52,885 nucleotides of DNA, taken from the NCBI GenBank assembly GCA_009995545.1, contig JAACPI010000008.1:1-52885 (forward strand). Reading direction: 5' to 3'. This document shows, one piece after another, positions 19,632 through 28,975 of this stretch. Numbering within the stretch: position 1 is the stretch's first letter; each line of letters begins with the position of its first letter. The notes under the pieces were generated by a model. That model saw only the letters and a list, made by a program, of their open reading frames with translations. It did no database searches and had not been told where the DNA came from. Source of the DNA: a bacterium. Its GTDB lineage: Bacteria; Patescibacteriota; WWE3; 2-01-FULL-39-13; JAACPI01. Position numbers and translations under genes: made by a program.

Positions 19632-19933
19632 TCTATGTCTCCTTTTAGTTGGGTTGGATTTAAACGATTGCCTTTCGACACAGTAAATACAGTGTCTGTA
19701 TTCACAATGCCAAAAGGCAAAAAACACCAGCAAATTTTAAATGTACTTTGCCGGTAATTAGTGTTTTAAACACAAAAAAACCGGCCAGTACAGCCGGTTA
19801 AGAGTTTTAAACCTTATGAACGGCCATACAGTATGGCCGGTTGTAAATGATTTTAGATCACGGTTTTTGCAAAGTTTACCAAAGGTAAAACCAGTCTTTG
19901 CATAACTCCCTAAAATCCAAGGCGTTATTTAAT
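19632..19933 (-). ncRNA. Candidate structured ~300-nt 5' leader (attenuator-like) or small RNA
   Basis: Lies between a strong promoter and the lipoprotein start. Contains a chain of hairpins, two followed by U tracts. Confidence 0.45.
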
Positions 19934-19939
19934 GATTAA

Positions 19940-19968
19940 AATATACACAAATAACTATAAGATGTCAA
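19940..19968 (-). promoter_or_regulatory. Sigma-70 promoter for island operon 1
   Basis: TTGACA-17 nt-TATATT on the minus strand. Confidence 0.7.
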
Positions 19969-20039
19969 GTAAATTTAGTAAAATTAAGCGGAGTTTTATG
20001 GGTTACTATTAGCCTTATAACAACAACAAATAAGATTGA

Positions 20040-20073
20040 TAGTATATACTGAGTATATACTTAGTATATACTA
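20040..20073. repeat. Three tandem copies of the palindrome AGTATATACT (11-bp period)
   Basis: tAGTATATACTgAGTATATACTtAGTATATACTa. Confidence 0.9.
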
Positions 20074-20102
20074 TTTTACTTCACATTTTTCTAAAAACTA
20101 GC

Positions 20103-21251
20103 CTATTCAACAAGCTTAATTTCCTCTTCGGCAAGTTCCTTTGTTGCTTTTGCTTCTTTTAACTTTGGTTTGTTATCTTTGCTCTTTTCCGATTCTTCGA
20201 TATTTTTAAAGCTCCTACCCATTTGTTTTACCCTAGTTTCTGAAATTTGTTGGTAATCTTTATATGCTGTGTCAAAGCTCCTACCTAACTTTTCAAACTC
20301 ACCTGTAAATTTTGTAAAGTTGTCTTTAAAAACTGCAATGTGTTTTATAACATCTTTAAGGTTTTGTTCGTAATAAAAGTTTCTGTATCCTTGCATTATT
20401 GTTCTGGCTATAGCATAAATGCTAAAGGGGGAGGCAATAATTATTTTTTTAGCAAAAGCTTCTTCTACAAGGGCTGGGAATTCTTTATTTATATAAGTAA
20501 AAACAACCTCGTTTGGAACAAACATTATGGCAAAATCTAAAGTTCCTTCTTCACTATTTATATATTCTCTTTTGGTAATATCTCTTAATTTAGTTCGTAC
20601 ATCTAACTCAAATTGCTTTTTTAAATTGGTTAAGTGAGTTTTATCTTCGGCATCGGTCATTTTTAATATTGCAGCTAAAGGAAATTTTGCATCTACACTA
20701 ATAGTGCGCTTTTCGGGAAGCATTATTATTACATCGGGTCTAACTCCACTGTCCATAACTTCTTGGGTTTTATAATGTACTCCTTTTTCAAGTCCGCTAC
20801 TTATTAGAATATCTTCTAATATTTTTTCTCCCCACTCTCCACGTACCTGGTTGTTGCTCATTACTCTGGCAAGTTTTGCAGCACTTGTTTCTAAATCTTT
20901 AGTAGCTTTTTGATGTTCTTCGATTTGCCTCTTTATATCACCAAAATACTTCATATTTTCTGTTCGGCTTTCTATTAGTTCTTTATGTCGTTTTTCTAGA
21001 TCTTCTTCAATTTTTTTAACCATTCCTTCCATAGCCTCTTTTTTATTTTTTAAATCAGTTGAAATCACTTCTTTATCTGCTTTTAAAGCATCCTTAGAAA
21101 TTTGAGTTAATTTTCCCATTCCCTCGTTCATTAGTTCATTAAACACATTTTTAAAATCTTCTTTTTGTTTTTTCTCCATATCTCTCTTAAACCAAAGTAA
21201 AAAGAGTAAGATTATAATTGTTACAGTAGTAAGGGCAATTATTATTTGCAT
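20103..21251 (-). CDS. rmuC: DNA recombination protein RmuC
   Basis: N-terminal TM, coiled coil, RGEWGE, RPDVIIMLP, VDAKFP, TLDFAIMFVPNE. Confidence 0.93.
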   Translation of the reverse strand: MQIIIALTTVTIIILLFLLWFKRDMEKKQKEDFKNVFNELMNEGMGKLTQISKDALKADKEVISTDLKNKKEAMEGMVKKIEEDLEKRHKELIESRTENMKYFGDIKRQIEEHQKATKDLETSAAKLARVMSNNQVRGEWGEKILEDILISSGLEKGVHYKTQEVMDSGVRPDVIIMLPEKRTISVDAKFPLAAILKMTDAEDKTHLTNLKKQFELDVRTKLRDITKREYINSEEGTLDFAIMFVPNEVVFTYINKEFPALVEEAFAKKIIIASPFSIYAIARTIMQGYRNFYYEQNLKDVIKHIAVFKDNFTKFTGEFEKLGRSFDTAYKDYQQISETRVKQMGRSFKNIEESEKSKDNKPKLKEAKATKELAEEEIKLVE

Positions 21252-21355
21252 GAAGTCAGTATACAGTAGATAGTAGCCAGTAGTCAGTTATCTTTTAATT
21301 TTCTAGGTCTACTCTAATAATTTTAGAACTTTAAATTTTAGCGTATACTTTATTT

Positions 21356-21748
21356 ATGAAACGAGCATTTCACCCGCCTGTTTTTTTGTTTAAACATATT
21401 AGTCTTAGTGCTATAACTTTTACTGCTTTGCTTTATATATTTACCACTGTTGAGCCCACAAATGCTTTAATGGTTTTACTTTTTTTATTTTTATTGTTTA
21501 TTTTTTTATCTTCATTTTTGAGTTTGGTTACCTTTGTAATTAAGCACCGAGAAGATAGAAGAGTTTGGTATTTAAAAGAAAAAAACTTTGTTTCTCTTTA
21601 TAGTTTGTTTATTTTTTTATCTTTGGGAGCAGTTTTAATGATTTTTTTAAGCTATATAAAACAAATAAATTATGTGTCTGTTGGCTTAGTTGTAGCCTCT
21701 ACCCTTGGAGGATATATTTTAAATAAAAAAAGCTCTGCAGAAATTTAA
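21356..21748 (+). CDS. Small 4-TM hypothetical protein
   Basis: Hydrophobic 130-aa ORF with TATACT 6 nt before the ATG. Confidence 0.7.
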   Translation: MKRAFHPPVFLFKHISLSAITFTALLYIFTTVEPTNALMVLLFLFLLFIFLSSFLSLVTFVIKHREDRRVWYLKEKNFVSLYSLFIFLSLGAVLMIFLSYIKQINYVSVGLVVASTLGGYILNKKSSAEI

Positions 21749-21801
21749 CTGTTTGAAACCTCTGTTTTTGTCTTTATTCCCTGTTATAATGCTTATAAAT
21801 T

Positions 21802-23259
21802 ATGGACCAGACTAAAAACTTTTATTTAACGACAACCCTGCCTTACGTAAACAGTAGCCCGCATATTGGCTTTGCTTTAGAAATTATTCAGGCGGATGCA
21901 ATTTGTAGATATATGTCTAAGCAGGGCTATAGCGTTATCTTTAATACAGGTACGGATGAGCATGGTTTAAAGATATATCAAAAAGCTTTAGAAGAGGGAA
22001 AAGACCCACAAGTTTATACAGACGAATACGCTAAACATTTTAAAGATTTAAAGGAAAAACTAAATTTATCTTTTAACAGGTTTATTAGAACTACTGATAA
22101 AAATCATAAGGAGGCAGCTAAACATTTTTGGAACCTAAGCCTTAAAAATGGTGATATTTACAAGGATAAATACGCAGTTAAGTACTGTGTTGGCTGTGAA
22201 TTAGAAAAACAAGATAGTGAGCTTGAAAATGGAAAATGCCCAATTCATCCTAATATGAATATTGAACTTGTCGAAGAAGAAAATTATTATTTTAAATTTT
22301 CTAAGTATCAAGAGCCCCTTCTTAAAATTTATAATGAAAACCCCAGTTTTGTAGTACCCGCTTTTAGGTTAGAGGAAATTAAAAAATTTGTAAGTGAGGG
22401 GTTAAAAGATTTTAGTATAAGTAGATTAAAAGAAAAAATGCCTTGGGGTGTTGAGGTGCCGGGAGACAGCGATCATGTTATGTATGTTTGGTTTGATGCT
22501 TTAATAAACTACATTTCCACCTTAGGGTGGCCAAACAAAGATAGTGATTTTAAAGATTTTTGGCCTGGGGTACAAGTTGCAGGAAAAGATAATTTAAGGC
22601 AACAAAGTGCTATGTGGCAGGCAATGTTACTTTCTGCCGGTTTAAAACCCAGCAAACAAATTTTAATTCACGGGTTTATTAACAGTGACGGGCAAAAAAT
22701 GAGCAAAAGCCTTGGAAATGTTATTGACCCTCTTAAAATTGTAGACAACTACGGAATAGATGCCCTTAGATATTACCTTTTATCTGACGCCCCAACTTTT
22801 GGTGAAGATATGGACTATGCTGATGATAAATTTAAAAACAGGGTTAATGGAGACTTAGCCAATGGGATAGGTAACCTTGTTGCTAGGGTAACTAAAATGT
22901 GTGAAACAAGTGGTTTTGAATACATTTTAAACTTTAAAAAAGCCGAAATTGAAGGTGTTATTGATAAAACAGCTCAATTAATGAGTGAGTATAAAATAGA
23001 TGAGGTTTGCGCTGTTTTAACCTATGAAGTTTCCGTTTTAGATAAACATTTGCAAGAGACTAAACCCTGGGAAAATATTGCCGAAAATAAAGAACTTTTA
23101 GAATTGGTTTTAAATAAAATTTTATTCTTGTTAGACAATTTTGAATTTATTCTCCCTACTACTAAACAGCGGGTCTTTGACCATCTAGGTGTTAGTGAGG
23201 ATATAGAAACTGTTAAAAAAGTAACACATTTGACTGGGCTTTTTCCTAGAATCCAATGA
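21802..23259 (+). CDS. metG: Methionine--tRNA ligase (short form)
   Basis: TTTLPYVN...PHIGF, GTDEHG, CVGC...CPIH knuckle, YVWFDAL, KMSKS. Confidence 0.96.
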   Translation: MDQTKNFYLTTTLPYVNSSPHIGFALEIIQADAICRYMSKQGYSVIFNTGTDEHGLKIYQKALEEGKDPQVYTDEYAKHFKDLKEKLNLSFNRFIRTTDKNHKEAAKHFWNLSLKNGDIYKDKYAVKYCVGCELEKQDSELENGKCPIHPNMNIELVEEENYYFKFSKYQEPLLKIYNENPSFVVPAFRLEEIKKFVSEGLKDFSISRLKEKMPWGVEVPGDSDHVMYVWFDALINYISTLGWPNKDSDFKDFWPGVQVAGKDNLRQQSAMWQAMLLSAGLKPSKQILIHGFINSDGQKMSKSLGNVIDPLKIVDNYGIDALRYYLLSDAPTFGEDMDYADDKFKNRVNGDLANGIGNLVARVTKMCETSGFEYILNFKKAEIEGVIDKTAQLMSEYKIDEVCAVLTYEVSVLDKHLQETKPWENIAENKELLELVLNKILFLLDNFEFILPTTKQRVFDHLGVSEDIETVKKVTHLTGLFPRIQ

Positions 23260-24515
23260 ATTCAATGCCCAAGCGTAAAAAATTTTTATGGGGCGCAAGT
23301 AGTGCTGCTCATCAGGTAGAGGGAAACAACTATAATGATTGGACAGTTTGGGAGCAGGAAAACGCTTTTCGTTTAGCAAAAGAACCAAAAAAGTATTATT
23401 TAAAGTACTCTAAAATGTTTCTTAGTATTGAACCTCCTTGGGAGTTAATGAACCCTCACTTTGAAAACCCCAAAAACTATATATCTGGTGATGCTGTGGA
23501 TCACTACAACAGGTACTCCGAAGATTTTAAACTGGCCCAGGATTTGGGCCACAACGCACATAGATTTTCTATTGAGTGGTCTAGGATAGAACCTAAGCAG
23601 GGAGAATTTGATTCCAGGGAGATTGAACACTATAGAAATGTTTTAAAGGAGCTAAAAAGCCGTGGTTTGGAGCCCGTTGCTACTTTGTGGCATTTTACTC
23701 TTCCGGTTTGGGCATATGAGATGGGTGGGTTTTCTAATAAAAAAGTAGCTAATTACTTTTTGAGGTTTGTAGACCTTGTGTCGAAAGAGTATGCCGATCT
23801 GGTTACTTACTGGATAGTACTAAATGAGCCCGTGATCTATACTTTTGCAACTTATTTTATTGGTGTTTTTCCTAACGGAAACAAAGGTTTTTTCTCCGGA
23901 TTAAAGGCTATTAAAAATTTTATATACGTAACAAATCGTGCGGGTAGCTATATTAAAAAATATAATAATAAAGCCTTAGTAGGTGTTTCTAAGCAGGATT
24001 TAGATGCCAGATTCACTACCTCGTGGAACCACTTTTTAGCCTATTCCGTTGATTTCTTTTGGAATTTACTTTTTATAGTTTTAACGAAAAAGAACTTAGA
24101 TTTCATAGGTTTAAATTACTATATTTCTAAAATTTTTGGTAAGAAGAAAGCCGGACTAAAGTATTCTGATATGGGTTGGGGACTATACCCCAAAGGTTTA
24201 TATAACTTGCTTAAAAAGCTACAAAGATTTGGTAAGCCGATTTTAATCACAGAATGCGGTCTTGCAGATTCTAAAGACATTAAAAGAGGTTGGTACATTA
24301 AAGAGGTAATTGAAAATATTAAAAAAGCTAAGGCCGAGGGTGTTGTTGTCACCGGCTTTATCTACTGGTCTCTAACAGATAATTTTGAATGGGATAAAGG
24401 CTTTTGGCCCAAATTTGGATTAGTAGAGATTGACTATAATAACCGGTTATCAAGAAAAATACGCAGAAGCGGTTACATCTATAAAAAACTTATAGAGGAA
24501 AATTTTAATATCTGA
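23256..24515 (+). CDS. Glycoside hydrolase family 1
   Basis: FLWGASSAAHQVEG, RFSIEWSRI, NEP acid/base, ITECG nucleophile, WSLTDNFEW. Confidence 0.95.
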   Translation: MNSMPKRKKFLWGASSAAHQVEGNNYNDWTVWEQENAFRLAKEPKKYYLKYSKMFLSIEPPWELMNPHFENPKNYISGDAVDHYNRYSEDFKLAQDLGHNAHRFSIEWSRIEPKQGEFDSREIEHYRNVLKELKSRGLEPVATLWHFTLPVWAYEMGGFSNKKVANYFLRFVDLVSKEYADLVTYWIVLNEPVIYTFATYFIGVFPNGNKGFFSGLKAIKNFIYVTNRAGSYIKKYNNKALVGVSKQDLDARFTTSWNHFLAYSVDFFWNLLFIVLTKKNLDFIGLNYYISKIFGKKKAGLKYSDMGWGLYPKGLYNLLKKLQRFGKPILITECGLADSKDIKRGWYIKEVIENIKKAKAEGVVVTGFIYWSLTDNFEWDKGFWPKFGLVEIDYNNRLSRKIRRSGYIYKKLIEENFNI

Positions 24516-24525
24516 AGATTGTAAG

Positions 24526-25362
24526 ATGCACTATATTGATACCCACTGCCATCTATTTTTAAATGACGAAGGTTTTAGCTTTGACCCAGAAATAGTTGTT
24601 AAAAATAGTATTAAGGCGGGTGTAAAACAAATATGGCTTAGCTCAACGAATGTCTGGGATATTAAAAGAAATTTAGCTTTAACAAGTAAATACCCTGAAA
24701 ACCTTAAAACTTTTGTGGGTTTTCACCCAGAAGATTATTTGGAATATGACTCCTCTGAGCTAGAAAATATCCTCAAAGTATATTGCCGACCTACGACTTT
24801 AAACCCCGGCTCCCTAAACCCTAAATCCTCTAGTCCAAATCCTATTGCGGGTATTGGTGAGGTGGGTGTAGATCTGCATTGGAATGACATATCTACAAAA
24901 GACATACAAATGCAGGTTTTTAAAGATCAAATCGAGCTGGCTTTAAAGTATGATCTACCCGTGGCAGTACATTCTAGGGATGCTTACGAACTAACTATAG
25001 AAGTGCTAGAAAAATATAAAAACCTTAAATTTATTTGGCATAGCTACAATTTAGATAGTGATACGACCAAAAAGCTACTAGGCGTATTTCCCAATATTTA
25101 CTTTGGTTTTAATGCAGTAATTACTTATAAATCGGGGATATACATACAAGAAAGTATTAAAGTTATTCCGGATGATAAAATAGTGTTAGAAACAGATGCT
25201 CCTTTTTTATCTCCAAGGACTAAAGAAAGTTCAAATAGGGGGTATAATACTTCTGAAGGCGTTATCGACGTGTATCAGGCAGTGTCTAAAATAAGGGGCC
25301 TATCGGTGGAAAAACTACAGAGGCTAGTTATCAAAAATTGTTCTAAATATATAAATAACTGA
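24526..25362 (+). CDS. tatD: TatD-family hydrolase/DNase
   Basis: IDTHCH, GFHP, IGEVGVD, VHSRDA, LETDAPFL. Confidence 0.93.
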   Translation: MHYIDTHCHLFLNDEGFSFDPEIVVKNSIKAGVKQIWLSSTNVWDIKRNLALTSKYPENLKTFVGFHPEDYLEYDSSELENILKVYCRPTTLNPGSLNPKSSSPNPIAGIGEVGVDLHWNDISTKDIQMQVFKDQIELALKYDLPVAVHSRDAYELTIEVLEKYKNLKFIWHSYNLDSDTTKKLLGVFPNIYFGFNAVITYKSGIYIQESIKVIPDDKIVLETDAPFLSPRTKESSNRGYNTSEGVIDVYQAVSKIRGLSVEKLQRLVIKNCSKYINN

Positions 25363-25368
25363 TTTATT

Positions 25369-26925
25369 GTGTTAAAAAAATACAAATTTAAAATTTCTTC
25401 GCAAAGGATACTAGAAATAATTCCTGGGGCGTTAACTTGGTCTACGCTTTTATCCCCCTTGGTGTTAGGGTACTTTTACCCCGACTTTGTAGTTTTTATG
25501 TTAAGTTTTTTAACTATTTATTGGACTTTTAAAGTTACAAACGGTATGGCTGGTCTAGTAAATGGTTATAGAAAATATAAAGCGGAGACTTCTGTATCTT
25601 GGTTTGAAGAATCAAAAAAACTAGATTTTTCTAAACTCAACGATCCCCAGACACTTCCAGAATCTTTTGAAAAAATAAAACATTTTGTTTTGGTTCCAGT
25701 GTATTCGGAACCTTACACTATTTTGTCAGACAGCTTTAAAAGCTATTTGGCAACTTCTATTCCAAATAAAAGCCTAACTATAGTTTACGGGATTGAGCAA
25801 AAATATAGCGATAGGGTAATTGCTGATATTAAGAAGATTCAAAAAGAGTTTGATCCTAAAAATGAGATTGAAATAATGTATTTTGTCCACCCTCAGAATA
25901 TAGAAGGGGAGGTTTTAGGTGTTGCAGGGCCAAATAGGGATTGGGCTGCTAGAAGAGCTGTAGAAGAGCTACAAAAAAGAAATGAAAACTTGAATAATTA
26001 TATTTTTACTACAATGGACTCCGATACAAAGCCCCACCCAGAGTTTTTCGCTCGAATTACCTATCTTTATTTAACTACCGATGAGCGTAAAAAGAGGTTT
26101 TATGAAACAGCCGTGCACATATTTGATAATAATACTTACGAGGTTCCTGTAATTAACAGGGTAGCTGCCGATGGTATTATGGTGGCTCTTTTAGCTACTT
26201 GGTCTACATTAAACTGGCCTACGACAACTGAACAGATGGACACTTTTTCTTGTTACAGCTGTGCTTTGACCACCTTAGTTAAGGCGGATTATTGGGACCC
26301 TTCTTTAGGAATTGACGACTCGATATTTTTTTGGAGGGCGTTTAAGGCTTTTGAGGGAAACTTTGAAGGTGTACCTTTTTTTATACCTATTCATTTGGAT
26401 GCAGCTGAGGGTAGCGGTTATTTAGACTCGCATTTATCCTTGTACAAACAACAGTTACGCTGGGGATGGGGAGTAATAACTTTTCCAATCTCTGTAAAAT
26501 TAATTCCTTTTGCGAAAGATGCTAATATTGTGGATAAAATATCTCATATCTGGACCAAGATAGAGCATTTTGTTCTACTTCGTGCGACCCCTTTTCTACT
26601 TACTTTTGGCTTTTTAATGCTTACTTTTGTAAATGAAAATGTTAAACAAGCAAATTATGCTTATGCTATCCCTAAGATAAATAGCCTACTTCTTTCCATT
26701 GCTCTTTTAGGCCTGTTACCTTTATTTTTCGTACGATTAAAACTTAAAAAACCTATGCCAAAATCTTGGCCTTGGTATAAAAAATTCTTTATCTCGTTAA
26801 TAAGCTTACCAGCTCTTTATCTTACATACTTAACTTTTGCATTTATTCCTTGGTTAGAGGCTCAAACAAAGATGATGTTAGGAAAAAAATACAAAAGTTT
26901 ATATTACACGCCTAAGTTTAGATAA
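25369..26925 (+). CDS. Membrane-embedded GT2-family glycosyltransferase
   Basis: VPVYSE, MDSD, IDD, QQLRWGWG (QxxRW), flanking TMs. Confidence 0.85.
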   Translation: MLKKYKFKISSQRILEIIPGALTWSTLLSPLVLGYFYPDFVVFMLSFLTIYWTFKVTNGMAGLVNGYRKYKAETSVSWFEESKKLDFSKLNDPQTLPESFEKIKHFVLVPVYSEPYTILSDSFKSYLATSIPNKSLTIVYGIEQKYSDRVIADIKKIQKEFDPKNEIEIMYFVHPQNIEGEVLGVAGPNRDWAARRAVEELQKRNENLNNYIFTTMDSDTKPHPEFFARITYLYLTTDERKKRFYETAVHIFDNNTYEVPVINRVAADGIMVALLATWSTLNWPTTTEQMDTFSCYSCALTTLVKADYWDPSLGIDDSIFFWRAFKAFEGNFEGVPFFIPIHLDAAEGSGYLDSHLSLYKQQLRWGWGVITFPISVKLIPFAKDANIVDKISHIWTKIEHFVLLRATPFLLTFGFLMLTFVNENVKQANYAYAIPKINSLLLSIALLGLLPLFFVRLKLKKPMPKSWPWYKKFFISLISLPALYLTYLTFAFIPWLEAQTKMMLGKKYKSLYYTPKFR

Positions 26926-28430
26926 TGAATAAAATTAGTATTATTAAAAATCTTTTAATAAAGAATGTGTCACTTTTGGTTGGAGATAGGTTTGGCTTTT
27001 TTACTGATTTGAAGACTAATTACTTTTACCTACTGTCTCTAGTGGTTGTGATACTCCAATTTGTGTATGTTTTAATATATTATAAATATCTTTCTTCTAT
27101 AATCCCGCTTTGGAACTTTTTAAACTGGGGAGCTGATATTTTAGCCTCAAAGCAGTATATTTTTATACTTCCCACCTTGTCTTTAGTTGTAATGCTCTCC
27201 TGTGTTTCTGTGTCAGTATATTTTATGAAATACAACCTTTGGTCTGTTTCTAGGTTTATAGCCTATTTTAATTTGTTCAATGTTCTTGCTTTCGGGGTAG
27301 CTATTTTTACACTAATCGAAAGATCTAAAATTACAACTTTGAGTTTTGGTCCTTGGTTTAATCTATACTTTTTTCCTTTTTTAATTGCCTTTGCTGGAAC
27401 CTTTATCACTTCGAGGGTTTTAATCAAAAATGCAGATAAACTGGGGATTATAGAGTTTCCTGACCTGCGTGATGAGCCTGCAAAGGTTTTACAACGCCCT
27501 ACTCCAAGAGCTGGTGGTGTAGCTTTTTGGGTAGGTTTTACAATAGCTTGCTCCGCCTTTCTTTGGTACTCTCAAAGGGTTTGGGGTCTTATAATTGGTA
27601 CTTTTTTAATTTCTTTGGTTGGGTTTTTAGATGATAGATACAAACTTGGGTACCTTTCTAGGCTACTTTTAGTATTGCCTGTTTCCATCGTTATTATTGT
27701 TTTATCTGGTTTTATAATGATCTACATTCCAAACCCTTTTGGCCAGCCTCTAAAATTGGACTCGTGGGTATTTAATTTTCAACTGTTTGGCAATCACTCC
27801 ATAATCGTATTTGCTGCTATCTTTGCTTTTTTGTGGCTTCTTTGGTTAAGTCAGATGCTTTCCTTTAATAATGGTATAGACGGTCAATTTGTAGCCATCA
27901 GCTCAGTAACAGCTTTGGTAATTGGTTTGCTGTCCTTTAGATTTGGAAATCTAACTTATGAACAGCAGATTAGTGCTAAAATTAGTTTTATCACTCTCGG
28001 AGCTTTACTTGGATTGTTTATAGATACTTTTCCACCACAAAAAATAATCTGGGGGTGGGGGGCCACTGCTGTTGGCTTAATTTTTGCCTCTTTATCTCTT
28101 TTGTCTGGTACAAGAGTCGCCTCCGCCTTTTTGGTACTACTATTACCCTCGATAGATGTTGCTTACGTACTATTTGTACGTTTAAAAGAAGGTAAATCCC
28201 CCTTTAAAGGTGATAGAAACCACCTACATCACAAACTTATTGATTTAGGTTGGTCAAAAAGAAAAATAGCTAGTTTTTATTGGCTTATCTCTGCAGTTTT
28301 TGGTGTGTTAACGTATTATACTTCTGGAAGATCTAAAGCCTTAACTACACTAATGCTAACTGGTGTATTACTTTTTGCACTTATTGTCTTTAGAAGATAC
28401 GTAGGTAAGCTTACAGCACTGAAAAGCTAA
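26925..28430 (+). CDS. WecA/TagO/MraY-family transferase-like protein with an extra N-terminal 3-TM module
   Basis: PTPRAGG, GFLDD, GIDG, SPFKGDRNHLHHKL. N-terminal IPLW...GADILA module. Confidence 0.85.
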   Translation: MNKISIIKNLLIKNVSLLVGDRFGFFTDLKTNYFYLLSLVVVILQFVYVLIYYKYLSSIIPLWNFLNWGADILASKQYIFILPTLSLVVMLSCVSVSVYFMKYNLWSVSRFIAYFNLFNVLAFGVAIFTLIERSKITTLSFGPWFNLYFFPFLIAFAGTFITSRVLIKNADKLGIIEFPDLRDEPAKVLQRPTPRAGGVAFWVGFTIACSAFLWYSQRVWGLIIGTFLISLVGFLDDRYKLGYLSRLLLVLPVSIVIIVLSGFIMIYIPNPFGQPLKLDSWVFNFQLFGNHSIIVFAAIFAFLWLLWLSQMLSFNNGIDGQFVAISSVTALVIGLLSFRFGNLTYEQQISAKISFITLGALLGLFIDTFPPQKIIWGWGATAVGLIFASLSLLSGTRVASAFLVLLLPSIDVAYVLFVRLKEGKSPFKGDRNHLHHKLIDLGWSKRKIASFYWLISAVFGVLTYYTSGRSKALTTLMLTGVLLFALIVFRRYVGKLTALKS

Positions 28431-28434
28431 AGCG

Positions 28435-28890
28435 TTAGTGTAAAAAAGCTATATATACAAGTACAGATATAAATACTACCTGCAGGGTATAACCTATATA
28501 TCCCTTAACGTGGTTTTGAATTAGTCCTTGAAACTTGGCAATACTTTCGGAATAAAACCAGTTTTTTCTAAACATCGCGTAAGGACCAGTTAATATATCC
28601 GGAAGGTTTGCAGTGATCCCGCATATTATCATTATTGTCATGGCGTAATTGCTGTTAACAAACTTTCCGCTTAACAAATAGCTGTAAGCCGCCAATACGA
28701 CTGTCCCTATTACTATTTCTCCTAAAATTATTAAGTTTCCTACCCCCTTTGACTTTATGGGGTTAGGGTTTGAGTGAGGAAATACGTCGAAAAATAGATG
28801 GCTAACTAAAGACAGAATTATCGCAATGAAGGGGTTTGGTATAAAGTAAGCTATTGTCGCTCCCGTGATAGCGTGGGGTGTATAAAGCAT
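28435..28890 (-). CDS. Membrane protein, possible metal-dependent hydrolase-like
   Basis: TPHAITG, SHLFFDVFPH and NLPD metal-ligand-like motifs in TM helices. Confidence 0.6.
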   Translation of the reverse strand: MLYTPHAITGATIAYFIPNPFIAIILSLVSHLFFDVFPHSNPNPIKSKGVGNLIILGEIVIGTVVLAAYSYLLSGKFVNSNYAMTIMIICGITANLPDILTGPYAMFRKNWFYSESIAKFQGLIQNHVKGYIGYTLQVVFISVLVYIAFLH

Positions 28891-28975
28891 AATAATGTTA
28901 AATTGTTATTTTCCATCTTTACCTTTTTCTTATTGGTATTTAAGGTAGAATAGATTTTGTAATATTATAGTCGAT

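Noticed and set aside
15720-19760. Long imperfect hairpins next to island genes as integron attC sites
   Set aside because: No RYYYAAC...GTTRRRY framing, not one site per gene, and no integrase in the window.
19860-19905. c-di-GMP-I (GEMM) riboswitch suggested by GCAAAG stems
   Set aside because: The GNRA tetraloop/receptor and conserved P1 context are not present on either strand.
21802-23259. MetG HIGF instead of HIGH and a missing C-terminal domain, read as pseudogenisation
   Set aside because: All other motifs are intact and short monomeric MetRS forms are well known.
24790-24845. NP-rich insertion in TatD (TLNPGSLNPKSSSPNP)
   Set aside because: A short degenerate low-complexity duplication in a loop, too weak to call an element.
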